A DNA stretch of 64,000 bases from Candidatus Caldarchaeum sp. (GTDB taxonomy: Archaea > Thermoproteota > Nitrososphaeria_A > Caldarchaeales > Caldarchaeaceae): the NCBI GenBank assembly GCA_033580815.1, contig JAVQUC010000001.1, forward strand, positions 93,259-157,258, read 5' to 3'. The notes beneath the pieces were generated by a model that was given only the letters and a program-made list of their open reading frames with translations, was not told where the DNA came from and did no database searches. This document shows positions 35,964 through 43,896 of this stretch, piece after piece; positions within the stretch are counted from its first letter, which is position 1; the number at the start of each line of letters is the position of its first letter. Position numbers and translations under genes: made by a program.

Positions 35964-36714
35964 TTTCAGCGACTCCCCCGTATTTTTTCATGACTTCCTG
36001 ACATGCTTTAATAGCTTCTGATAACAGTTCGTTGGCCCTTTCTCTCGAGGATGTTTTGACCGTAAGGCTGTAGACAGGAGACCCCTTTGTTCTTATCTCC
36101 ACGACCTCACCGTGTCCGGCAACCGCTTCGGCAGCCGCAGCGGCCTCCCTAATCGCTTTAACGCCCTCCGGGCTTTCACAACGCAAAACAACGTCCCATC
36201 TCATCTCTAATTCACGAACCTTAACCTCTTGCTCAACAGCGTTTCGTAGCACGTGTGCTTCCGAATCGTCAAGTTCAGGGAAAAACTTTGAAACTGGCTC
36301 ACCGGCCGCGATGTCCTCAAAGTGATCATAGAGAACTTCAAAGTCGGATGTTTTGGTCGTAATTTTTTCTGCTAGCCGTTGGAAATTCTTTTCCTCGAGT
36401 AGCTTGAGCACTCTCTTGACTTTAGCTATCTTCTTTACTTGGAGGAGCTTATCCACCCGCTCCTTCTGCGAGACTCGCCTGATGGATAGGTCGACTTGTA
36501 ACGTCTGGGGGTTGACTCGCACAACCTTGAAAACTATTTTCTGGCCTTCCTTCAGATGTTCCCTTATGTTTCTGACCCATTTTAAGGAAACCTCTGAAAC
36601 GTGTACAAACCCTTCGTAGCCCGGATGTTCCTCCACCTCAACGTAAGCTCCATAATCTTTAACTTCCTTGATTTTGCCGATGACCAGCTCCCCTACCTCG
36701 GGGGCTCTACTCAA
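35944..36714 (-). CDS. eif2a: translation initiation factor 2 alpha subunit (aIF2-alpha)
   Basis: 256 aa. N-terminal S1 domain GELVIGKIKEVKDYGAYVEV..GFVHVSEV. Conserved L44e-S27e-aIF2a order. Confidence 0.9.
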   Translation of the reverse strand: MSRAPEVGELVIGKIKEVKDYGAYVEVEEHPGYEGFVHVSEVSLKWVRNIREHLKEGQKIVFKVVRVNPQTLQVDLSIRRVSQKERVDKLLQVKKIAKVKRVLKLLEEKNFQRLAEKITTKTSDFEVLYDHFEDIAAGEPVSKFFPELDDSEAHVLRNAVEQEVKVRELEMRWDVVLRCESPEGVKAIREAAAAAEAVAGHGEVVEIRTKGSPVYSLTVKTSSRERANELLSEAIKACQEVMKKYGGVAEIKQQPK

Positions 36715-36910
36715 GCGTTCTCTCCTTCTTTCCCAAGATTATGGCTTTTCCTCCGCTTGGTTTCGCCAGCACTGCACCGCAGACGTTGCATTTCACCTCA
36801 ATCTTGGCCGAGTCGAAGACGACTTGTGAGTTTCCGCATTCGTTGCATGAGACCAGAACGAACCTTGACCTCGGGGTCGGAATTATATTAGGCCACTGCT
36901 CGGACATCAT
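36707..36910 (-). CDS. rps27e: ribosomal protein S27e (eS27)
   Basis: 67 aa with the zinc ribbon CNECG..(15)..CNVCG. Confidence 0.9.
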   Translation of the reverse strand: MMSEQWPNIIPTPRSRFVLVSCNECGNSQVVFDSAKIEVKCNVCGAVLAKPSGGKAIILGKKERTLE

Positions 36911-37200
36911 CTGACAACCTCCATCTTCTTCAATCGTATTCCTTCACGCATGACGCTTCTACCGCAGGTTATACATTTGAGCACTAGGGTTTTCTTATCG
37001 GTTGTCTTCGATTTCTTCCTCTGAATAGGATACTTTTGCCCTCCGTATCCCTTGAGTTCGCGTGCGTGTCTCCGGGCGCCGAGAGCCAAGGTTCTCTCTT
37101 TTCCTTTCCGATAAATCGATACGGTATGCTCTGTGTGGCTGTTGCATTTTGGGCAGTAGGTCGTGGTTTTCGCGGGAACTTTCATGTCCAGCGATGGCAT
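36907..37200 (-). CDS. rpl44e: ribosomal protein L44e (eL42)
   Basis: 97 aa with TYCPKCNSHTEHTV and CITCGRS. Confidence 0.9.
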   Translation of the reverse strand: MPSLDMKVPAKTTTYCPKCNSHTEHTVSIYRKGKERTLALGARRHARELKGYGGQKYPIQRKKSKTTDKKTLVLKCITCGRSVMREGIRLKKMEVVR

Positions 37201-37263
37201 GCCCTAAACCATCATTTAAACCGTTTGAAACACCTTTTAGAAGCCTCCTATGCGGGATAAGTC

Positions 37264-37683
37264 GTGAGCGCCGCGACGGTCGTCAAGGACATTATGACGG
37301 AGGAGGTGGTCACAGTAACTCCTGAAACTTCCGTTTACACGGCGGCCAGAATTATGGCTGAGGAAGAAGTTGGTTCGGTCGTGGTCGTTGCCGGGGAAAA
37401 GCCCGTCGGGATAATCACTGAAAGAGACTTGGTACGGAAGGTTCTCGCAGTCGGAAAGCCTCCTAAAAAAACATCAGTGGTTCAAATAATGTCTTCGCCA
37501 GTGGTCGTCGTAGGTGAAAACACGTCAGTTGAGGAAGCCATTTCAATCATGGCGCGAAACCGAATCAGGAGGCTTCTCGTGGTCAGCGGCGAAAAACTCG
37601 TCGGCATAGTATCAGTAACGGATATTGTTAAAGCTTTGGGTGCTGAGGCCGCCCGGGCTCTCCCCGCGATTTTACGGTGCTAG
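37264..37683 (+). CDS. CBS domain pair protein
   Basis: 139 aa with two CBS repeats (VKDIMTEEVVTV.. / VVQIMSSPVVVV..). Confidence 0.8.
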   Translation: MSAATVVKDIMTEEVVTVTPETSVYTAARIMAEEEVGSVVVVAGEKPVGIITERDLVRKVLAVGKPPKKTSVVQIMSSPVVVVGENTSVEEAISIMARNRIRRLLVVSGEKLVGIVSVTDIVKALGAEAARALPAILRC

Positions 37684-39065
37684 TCAGCAACTAAGACTTT
37701 TAAGTCGTCTATCGCTTCAGCAAACCTGTCCTTGAACCTTTCGACTACGTTGTCCTGCGAAAGCTTCATTCTGCCAACGACTACAAGGTCCACATCCCCG
37801 TAAACTTCGTCTACCGTTTCCACATCCTCCCACGAACATAGGGTTTCGTAGATTTTGGCCGGGTCATAGCGTGGGTTGAGCTTGGCGAGGATGTAGACTT
37901 TCTCACCGCTCAGGTATCGAAGGATCTTCTCCCTGCTGACTTCAACGCCGAGGGTTTCATATAGAATGTGACTTAGCTCGGCGTAGCTTAAGCCGTTGTT
38001 TTTCTCCCGAGATTTTCTTGCGATGGCCTCGGTGGCTGATTTGACGCGGGGGTCTGCTGGATTGAGGCCCGTGAGGGCGGCCACGAGTTTGTGGCTTGTG
38101 TAGACTCCGATGTGGAACACTGGGTTCGGAACGTCGTGTACGAGCTTCCTCCTAGGCATGTAGCCTTCAGGTTTCTCCACTGCCATGGACTGATGAACTC
38201 CAGCGCGTATGGTTCTCGCCTCCTCAGACAAAGGATGTCTCCAAGGCAGCCTAATTCCCGCAATCTTTGCGAAAAAGCCGTAGAGGTCGGTGAGCTTGCT
38301 GCGGTTCACACCAAGACTCACATCGTGGACATCTTCTAGCACCGCTACTACTTCGTAGAGGTCTGCTATGCCGTTCCTGTCTCCAACCCCCATAACTGTC
38401 GTGTGGGCTTCTTCGACGCCCTCTAGGATGGCCTCGACCGTGTTGGATGAAGCCATTCCGTAGTCGTTGTGAAAATGAGCTGCCAGAGGCGCGTTTGTTT
38501 GGTTTTTTAGGGTTCTGATGAATTCGGCAGCTTTACGCGGGGACAACAGACCAGCAGTGTCGGGCACGCTCACCAACGTGGCACCGGCCTTTCGAATTTC
38601 TCTGATAGCTTCGACAAGCCGCTCTTGGTTGCCTTCGACGAAAAACCTTGAGGCATCCTCCACAGTAGCCCTTACATACTTGAAGCCAGCCTCTTTCGCC
38701 ATCGACACCGCTTCGCAAAGCCTGCTGACCGCATCATGGTAGGATATTCCGTGAAGCTTGTGGAGACGGTGGATTTCGGTCGGCGCTATGTAGAAAGCAA
38801 CACCAGTTGCCTGATATTTGGAAGCCGATACGACATCATCCTTCACCGCACGACCATGAATCACAGATTCTATCCCAAGCTGATTGCATAAACTCACTAT
38901 CGGCTCTACGTCTTCTCGAGTAGTGCGTGGCGGATAGTCCAATGTCAGCTCAACCCTTCTGATCCCTGCTTCTGCTAATTTTTGGACTAACTCGAGCTTC
39001 GCCGATGTCTTGAGCAACCTGAAAAGCTCGCCCTCCCTCAAGGTCGAATCCAGTAACGTTGTCAA
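37680..39065 (-). CDS. homocitrate/2-isopropylmalate synthase family enzyme (DRE-TIM/HMGL-like) with C-terminal RAM-like domain
   Basis: 461 aa with DSTLREGE, HFHNDYGMA and GVGDRNGIA. The C-terminal ~75 aa (DEVYGDVDLVVVGRM..) resemble the RAM domain of ORF 26717-26992. Confidence 0.75.
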   Translation of the reverse strand: MTTLLDSTLREGELFRLLKTSAKLELVQKLAEAGIRRVELTLDYPPRTTREDVEPIVSLCNQLGIESVIHGRAVKDDVVSASKYQATGVAFYIAPTEIHRLHKLHGISYHDAVSRLCEAVSMAKEAGFKYVRATVEDASRFFVEGNQERLVEAIREIRKAGATLVSVPDTAGLLSPRKAAEFIRTLKNQTNAPLAAHFHNDYGMASSNTVEAILEGVEEAHTTVMGVGDRNGIADLYEVVAVLEDVHDVSLGVNRSKLTDLYGFFAKIAGIRLPWRHPLSEEARTIRAGVHQSMAVEKPEGYMPRRKLVHDVPNPVFHIGVYTSHKLVAALTGLNPADPRVKSATEAIARKSREKNNGLSYAELSHILYETLGVEVSREKILRYLSGEKVYILAKLNPRYDPAKIYETLCSWEDVETVDEVYGDVDLVVVGRMKLSQDNVVERFKDRFAEAIDDLKVLVAD

Positions 39066-39155
39066 CGTAAGTCAACACTCCATACGGCTTTTTTCGTATT
39101 TATGTCTTAACTTGTCTTACGAAAAAAACATGTCTTCGACGTTTATCGTATGCTT

Positions 39156-39611
39156 TTATTTTCTCGGGCAGTAGTTGCGCTGCACGCCCATTCGGACCTT
39201 CGTCAAAATCTCTTCATCAGAGTTGAGAGCCTCTAGGAGTGCCTCCAACAAACGCGTCGATGTTTCACTTAAGCTGTGTTCCATTTTTTCCGCTTCGACC
39301 TCTGCCGAGAGTTCGTCAAGTCCTAGGGCTTGAAAAAGCTTTGAAACCGTGTCGTGTCGATGCTTCAGCTCCTTGACTTTAGCTAACCCCTCCTCGGTTA
39401 GCTCCAAAACTTTGTAAGGCTGATAGCGTAAGTATCCTTTTTCGCACAACCCCTTTATCACTTTTTTAACGGTGCTCGGGGCGACATTCAGAGCCCTGGC
39501 CACGTCAACCGGCCTTACTTTTTCGCCTCTCTGCCCAAAAAGCTCGTAAACAGCTTCTAGATATTCCTCTGCGAGCTTAACGCTTCCGCGCTCTCTTTTG
39601 TGAGCCTTCAT
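39156..39611 (-). CDS. DtxR/MntR-family metal-dependent transcriptional repressor
   Basis: Homology starts at MKAHKRERGSVKLAEEYLEAVYEL (ATG 39611). Contains a winged HTH (VARALNVAPSTVKKVIKGL). The track ORF extension to 39833 runs across a tRNA gene. Confidence 0.8.
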   Translation of the reverse strand: MKAHKRERGSVKLAEEYLEAVYELFGQRGEKVRPVDVARALNVAPSTVKKVIKGLCEKGYLRYQPYKVLELTEEGLAKVKELKHRHDTVSKLFQALGLDELSAEVEAEKMEHSLSETSTRLLEALLEALNSDEEILTKVRMGVQRNYCPRK

Positions 39612-39682
39612 CAAAGCTTCTATTCGTGAAGCGTTGCCCAAACCCAAACATCGTTCTAGTAGCCATTTATTAAAGGAATCAA

Positions 39683-39768
39683 CGCCGGGGGTGGGATTTG
39701 AACCCACGCGGCCCGAATGGGCCACAGGCTCTCCAGGCCTGCCCTCTACCAGGCTGAGGGACCCCGGC
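39683..39768 (-). tRNA. tRNA-Ser (anticodon GGA)
   Basis: 86 nt, manually folded. Acceptor GCCGGGG/CCCCGGC plus discriminator G; D stem CCUC/GAGG; anticodon stem CAGGC/GCCUG with loop CUGGAGA. Long variable arm GGCCC-AUUC-GGGCC; T arm GUGGG-UUCAAAU-CCCAC. No encoded CCA and no intron. Confidence 0.9.
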
Positions 39769-39795
39769 CCCGACTTATCCCTCGTGATTGGACGG

Positions 39796-39803
39796 TTTAT
39801 ACT
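39796..39803 (-). promoter_or_regulatory. TATA-like box (AGTATAAA on minus strand) upstream of tRNA-Ser
   Basis: Centred about 32 nt upstream of the tRNA 5' end, overlapping the cbf5 stop codon. Confidence 0.4.
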
Positions 39804-40827
39804 TAGTGGACGTGCTGGAGACCTCCTTTCCAAACAGAAGGGTAGGTCGATTTGCGCATTATCACTCTTTCGATGTCGACCGCCAGGCCCTCGGTCGCCT
39901 CCATCATCTCCTGACTGTTCATGACAGCGCGTCCGATAGCAACGACTTCGTTTTTTAAAGTCACGACTGCGACAAGGGCTTGTCTTTCGATGTCGGAGTC
40001 GAGCATGCTTATTCCCGCGGCCATCAAATCAGCACCATGACACACTGCGTCTACGGCAGTATCTAGGACGTAGACCTTTGGAACAAGGGCTAAGCAATTT
40101 TCTACGGGTTGAACGACCTTTCTAAGCAGCGATTCATCCCCCGATTCCCGGTACAGTGTCACCGCCTCTTGAAGCGTTAGCAGGTTGTAGGACGTACTTT
40201 CTTCGAAAGGCCCCGCCCGCGTTCGCCTGAGCTCTTCCATGTGGGCTCCCACTCCAAGATACTCCCCGACGTCATGACAGACCTTTCTGACGTACGTACC
40301 CGCTGAACAGCCGAGCCTGAAAAGAACATACCTGCCTTCTCTTTCGAGCATTTCGAAATAGTATACCTCTCTGATTCGAGGCTTTCTTGCGACTGCAGCG
40401 CGTATGGGCGGCACCTGGTAGATCGCACCGGTGAAAACCTTCAGAGCTTGGTCCAGCTCGCTTTCGGAAACGTCTCCGTGAAGCTCCATCAACCCGACGT
40501 ATTCTTTCCCGCCTTGCATGAAAACCGGCGCAACCTTGGTTGCTTCACCTAGCATAATCGGTAAAACCCCGGAAACGGCGGGATTTCCCCGTGGGCTTCT
40601 AGGGTCCCGCCGTGTCCTGCCTGCTCGACGTTAAGGATCTTCTTAACCAAGAACGCTACTTCGTGGCTTGTCGGGCCTCTTTGTTTGTCCAGGTTGATCG
40701 CCCCTAGTGACAGAAGTTCTTGTAGAGTCCTTTGTTCTGGTCTTTTTCCATACCGGTCGTCTGTTTCCGATTCTCTTTTCACAAGGGTCTCATATTTTCG
40801 CAGCCATGGAGGATGGCTTGATTTCAT
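39803..40827 (-). CDS. cbf5: tRNA/rRNA pseudouridine synthase Cbf5 (TruB family), interrupted by a 14-nt intron
   Basis: Exon 1 is 40827-40599 (..DKQRGPTSHEV..AGHGGTL + G). Exon 2 is 40584-39803 (AT-CCC.. = DPAVSGVLPIMLGEATKV.. to the PUA domain). The joined CDS is 1011 nt, giving 336 aa. Unspliced, it appears as the two track ORFs 40549-40827 and 39803-40555. Confidence 0.85.
40585..40598 (-). other. putative BHB-type (HBh') mRNA intron in cbf5
   Basis: mRNA-sense AAGCCCACGGGGAA. It is flanked by a 9-bp exon-exon helix, a 4-bp central helix and a 3-nt AAA bulge. Removal restores the reading frame and the GTLDP motif. Confidence 0.75.
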
Positions 40828-41110
40828 ATCCTTCGGTCATGTATTTTTCGAGACCGGCCTCCTTTATGGTTTTCATGACTTCCTCGTCGGATGCATCCTT
40901 AGGTATATCTATTTTTTTAGAAGTTGGGATAATATGGATGGTGTTAACCCTTCTTCTTCTGAGACCGGTCAATTGCTTCGGCCCCGTAACTAAGACATAT
41001 CCGTTACTGTACACCGCTACGACCACGCCCTTACATCCGGCATCCCTTCCCCTCGTTTTTACCACGACCCTTCCTATCAACGTCTCGTCTACCATGGCTG
41101 TCATCTTCAA
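40790..41110 (-). CDS. rpl14e: ribosomal protein L14e (eL14)
   Basis: 106 aa with KOW-like IGRVVVKTRGRDAGCKGVVV. Sits upstream of cbf5, as in many archaea. Confidence 0.8.
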   Translation of the reverse strand: MKMTAMVDETLIGRVVVKTRGRDAGCKGVVVAVYSNGYVLVTGPKQLTGLRRRRVNTIHIIPTSKKIDIPKDASDEEVMKTIKEAGLEKYMTEGYEIKPSSMAAKI

Positions 41111-41159
41111 GATTCGAAACCATTTTTATACATAAATTCGGCTGGTTTTTCTGTTCGCT

Positions 41160-41759
41160 ATGGTTTCCAAAAAAGTCATCTGCATCGCTGGGTTCGCCGC
41201 CGTCGGAAAATCAACAGTCGGAAAAATCGTGGCAAGAAGGCTTGGACTGAAGTACGTTTCGGGAGGTGATGCACTGAAGGCGGTGGCTAAGGACATGGGG
41301 TTCGCCCCAACTGGGTCTGGGTGGTGGGAAACCCCTAAAGGAATGGAGTTTCTCGCGCTAAGAAGCCGCGACCCCAGCTTTGACAGAAAAGTGGACAAAA
41401 AACTAATCGAAATCTGCCGAAAAGGCGGGGTAGTGGTGGATTCGTGGGTGATGCCATGGCTTTACAAAGGAAAGGGTTTCAAAGTCTGGATGACAGCCGA
41501 CCGCATGACAAGAGCTCGACGGATGGCCGAACGAAGCGGTATAACAGTCCGTAAGGCTTCTAAGCTTTTGAAAACACGCGACCAGAAAAGCTCAAGAATC
41601 TATCAAAAACTTTATGGAATAAAAATTGGAAAGGATTTCACACCCTTTCATCTGATCATCGACACTACGCGCATGAAGCCCGAACAGGTGGCCGACATCA
41701 TATCTGAAACGGCGAAAAACTTCTTCAAAACTTCCACTCAGAAACCACGTCGGAGATGA
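41160..41759 (+). CDS. cmk: archaeal-type cytidylate (CMP) kinase
   Basis: 199 aa. P-loop GFAAVGKST, and ADRMTRARRMAERSGI..RDQKSSRIYQKLYGI typical of archaeal Cmk. Opposite strand to the flanking L14e and L34e genes. Confidence 0.8.
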   Translation: MVSKKVICIAGFAAVGKSTVGKIVARRLGLKYVSGGDALKAVAKDMGFAPTGSGWWETPKGMEFLALRSRDPSFDRKVDKKLIEICRKGGVVVDSWVMPWLYKGKGFKVWMTADRMTRARRMAERSGITVRKASKLLKTRDQKSSRIYQKLYGIKIGKDFTPFHLIIDTTRMKPEQVADIISETAKNFFKTSTQKPRRR

Positions 41760-41994
41760 GGGATTTCTCTAAACACCGATGGCAGACTTCCCCACCGTAG
41801 ACCCTTTCGACCGTTCTTTCTGAATGAGCCGCAGATCGTTCAGAGCGTACGCCCGCGATTTCCCCCCCACAGAAACGGCATCGTGTCCTTTTCGGCTTCT
41901 TTTCGACGAAATGCAGTTTCGTCCTTCCCCCCGGCGTCTTAATCGTTTTCCTCTTTCTGCTTCGCGTCCGCAGGCCTCTTCTCATCTTTGTCAC
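41725..41994 (-). CDS. rpl34e: ribosomal protein L34e (eL34)
   Basis: 89 aa with RTRSRKRKTIKTPGGRTKLHF and CRFCGGEIAGV. Confidence 0.85.
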   Translation of the reverse strand: MTKMRRGLRTRSRKRKTIKTPGGRTKLHFVEKKPKRTRCRFCGGEIAGVRSERSAAHSERTVERVYGGEVCHRCLEKSLISDVVSEWKF

Positions 41995-42460
41995 CCCTAA
42001 CTGGCTGCATCCCTGTCAGGCCGAGCCCAAGCGCCTTCGCGATCGGGGAACTTACGCCGAAAAACGACAAAATAAACCATCCGTAGAACTTCAGTTGCCC
42101 TGATTCTGTGATGAATGGAATGTTAAGACCATTTGGGGTGACTCCAACTACTACGTCTCCGAAAAACGAGACGAGAAGGGGGTAGACCGTGAAGAAAATC
42201 ATCAGGCTCGAGAACATCGTGATGAGGTTTTTCTTGGTGACTTCGGCGTTGATCTGCTGTATGTAGGCCTTCTTCTTTTGAAGCTTCTGGATGGTTTTTT
42301 GGTCTTTTTTGCGCGTTGCGTTCATCAGCTCCCGGTTGAAAGCCTGAATTTCAGCCATCTTCGCATAATCTTCCTTCTTGAAGATGAGCTTGCGAAGGAC
42401 CGATGTCGCGGCCGACAGGGCTGCTGCGATTGAAGAAATCATCATCATGTCAACGACCAT
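41939..42460 (-). CDS. DUF106/EMC3-Oxa1-like membrane protein (archaeal YidC-like insertase candidate)
   Basis: 173 aa. TM1, then a basic coiled-coil loop (RKKDQKTIQKLQKKKAYIQQ), then two TM segments. Conserved position right after secY. Confidence 0.65.
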   Translation of the reverse strand: MVVDMMMISSIAAALSAATSVLRKLIFKKEDYAKMAEIQAFNRELMNATRKKDQKTIQKLQKKKAYIQQINAEVTKKNLITMFSSLMIFFTVYPLLVSFFGDVVVGVTPNGLNIPFITESGQLKFYGWFILSFFGVSSPIAKALGLGLTGMQPVRGDKDEKRPADAKQKEEND

Positions 42461-42462
42461 GT

Positions 42463-43896
42463 CTACTCACTTCCCAAAAGCTTACCGAAAACCGGATACA
42501 TCTCCGAAACCCTCTCCCTCACGAGCAGTTGATAATATTGATGGAGAATTCCGATCGTCAAAAGAATGCCGGTTCCGGAGCCGAAGACAGCAAGATAATC
42601 CGCAACACTCGCGACGGTTCCTATGATTAGTCCACCTAGGATTGTGACTGTTCCAATGTATTTCCGGATTATGCTGGCTATGATTTCGGGAGAGCGCCTA
42701 AATCCAGGGATCTGCATTCCTGCGCTGATCAACTGTTCCGCAACCTTCTCAGGGGCGAGGCCCGATATTTGAACCCAGAACTTTGCGAAAAGCACGGAAA
42801 ACGTTATCAGCAGTGCCGCATATACGACGGCACGTACAGGGTCCTCGAAAACGCTGGCGAGCCCGCGGACCCCGGTCACGTAGTAGGCTAAACCTCCGGT
42901 CGCGATTACGGTGCCTGCTTCCTGGTCGAACCTGTAGGTGCCGATGAGGTTGAGGTACAAGTTATCGTTGTTGGGGTTAAAGCGGCTCCAAACGAGGGAG
43001 CCGAGGTAGAAGATGTTGCTGAACACGGTTGTTGCAAAGATTATTGGAACGTTCGAAACATAAAGTAACTTCACTGGGTATTTGGCCCTGTAACCTTGAA
43101 ACTTGGCATAGGATATCGGTATCTCAACCCTGACCGCCTCTATGTAGATGAGCGCGACAACCAAGAACACAGTTGAGATAAATGCGACTATGTCTGGAAA
43201 TCCTCCCGCCCGGATGAAAAGCGACGAAATGTTGCCGGCAAACAGTGTTTGAAAGATTGCGAGGATGACTCCCTGATAGATTCCGTCGTTGAGGATGATG
43301 GGTGAGAATAACGAGACAAAGATTTCCTCTGCAACGCCGGCAACGATAAACAGGCTGATACCGCTTCCAAGCCCCCAGCCCTTCTGTACCAGCTCGTCCA
43401 AAAGGATGATGAGGATCGTTGCCAGGACCAGTTGGATGAAGATGACTATGTTTTGTGTTTGGGTCGTCTGGCCGAAGAACCCGGCGGAAACGTATGCTGC
43501 GCCTTGAAAGACCGCGATTACAATAGCCAACATTTTACTTACCGAAGTGAAGAGTGCTCTGTCTTCGCTTTTCTTCAAGTCAAGTTTTATGAGTTCGGCG
43601 CCGACTAGAAGTTGCAGAATCAGTCCTGCTGTGACAATGGGCCCTATCCCGAGGGTTATCAGCGTGCCAATTTTCTGCGCAAAAACGATGTTGAGGAGGA
43701 CGGGGCTTTGACCCACCTCTTGACCAGTGGGAATTCCATACAGTATGGTGTGGCCCATCCATGTGTAAACAACTAAGGCCAGCGCGGACCATACAAGTTT
43801 CTCGCCAAGCCCGACCTTTCTACCAGGCTTCTTGATTTCCGGAAGAACGCGTGAGGCTTTTTCAAAGAACAAACGGACATTTGATTTTTCGCTCAT
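42463..43896 (-). CDS. secY: preprotein translocase subunit SecY
   Basis: 477 aa, 10 TM, at the end of the ribosomal protein cluster after L15. Confidence 0.95.
   Translation of the reverse strand: MSEKSNVRLFFEKASRVLPEIKKPGRKVGLGEKLVWSALALVVYTWMGHTILYGIPTGQEVGQSPVLLNIVFAQKIGTLITLGIGPIVTAGLILQLLVGAELIKLDLKKSEDRALFTSVSKMLAIVIAVFQGAAYVSAGFFGQTTQTQNIVIFIQLVLATILIILLDELVQKGWGLGSGISLFIVAGVAEEIFVSLFSPIILNDGIYQGVILAIFQTLFAGNISSLFIRAGGFPDIVAFISTVFLVVALIYIEAVRVEIPISYAKFQGYRAKYPVKLLYVSNVPIIFATTVFSNIFYLGSLVWSRFNPNNDNLYLNLIGTYRFDQEAGTVIATGGLAYYVTGVRGLASVFEDPVRAVVYAALLITFSVLFAKFWVQISGLAPEKVAEQLISAGMQIPGFRRSPEIIASIIRKYIGTVTILGGLIIGTVASVADYLAVFGSGTGILLTIGILHQYYQLLVRERVSEMYPVFGKLLGSE

Noticed and set aside
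39612-39833. N-terminal 74 codons of track ORF 39156-39833
   Set aside because: The extension reads straight through the tRNA-Ser gene (39683-39768). DtxR homology begins only at ATG 39611.
39803-40827. cbf5 as a frameshifted pseudogene, or as two independent split genes
   Set aside because: The disruption is exactly 14 nt, sits inside a foldable helix-bulge-helix, and removing it restores the catalytic GTLDP motif without any other lesion. Both halves are otherwise intact. An intron is the more economical explanation, but it remains unproven without RNA data.
41126-41398. 90-aa minus-strand ORF that would keep the cluster co-directional
   Set aside because: The plus-strand frame encodes a clear archaeal cytidylate kinase, with a P-loop and a lid region. 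The minus-strand ORF has no motifs.
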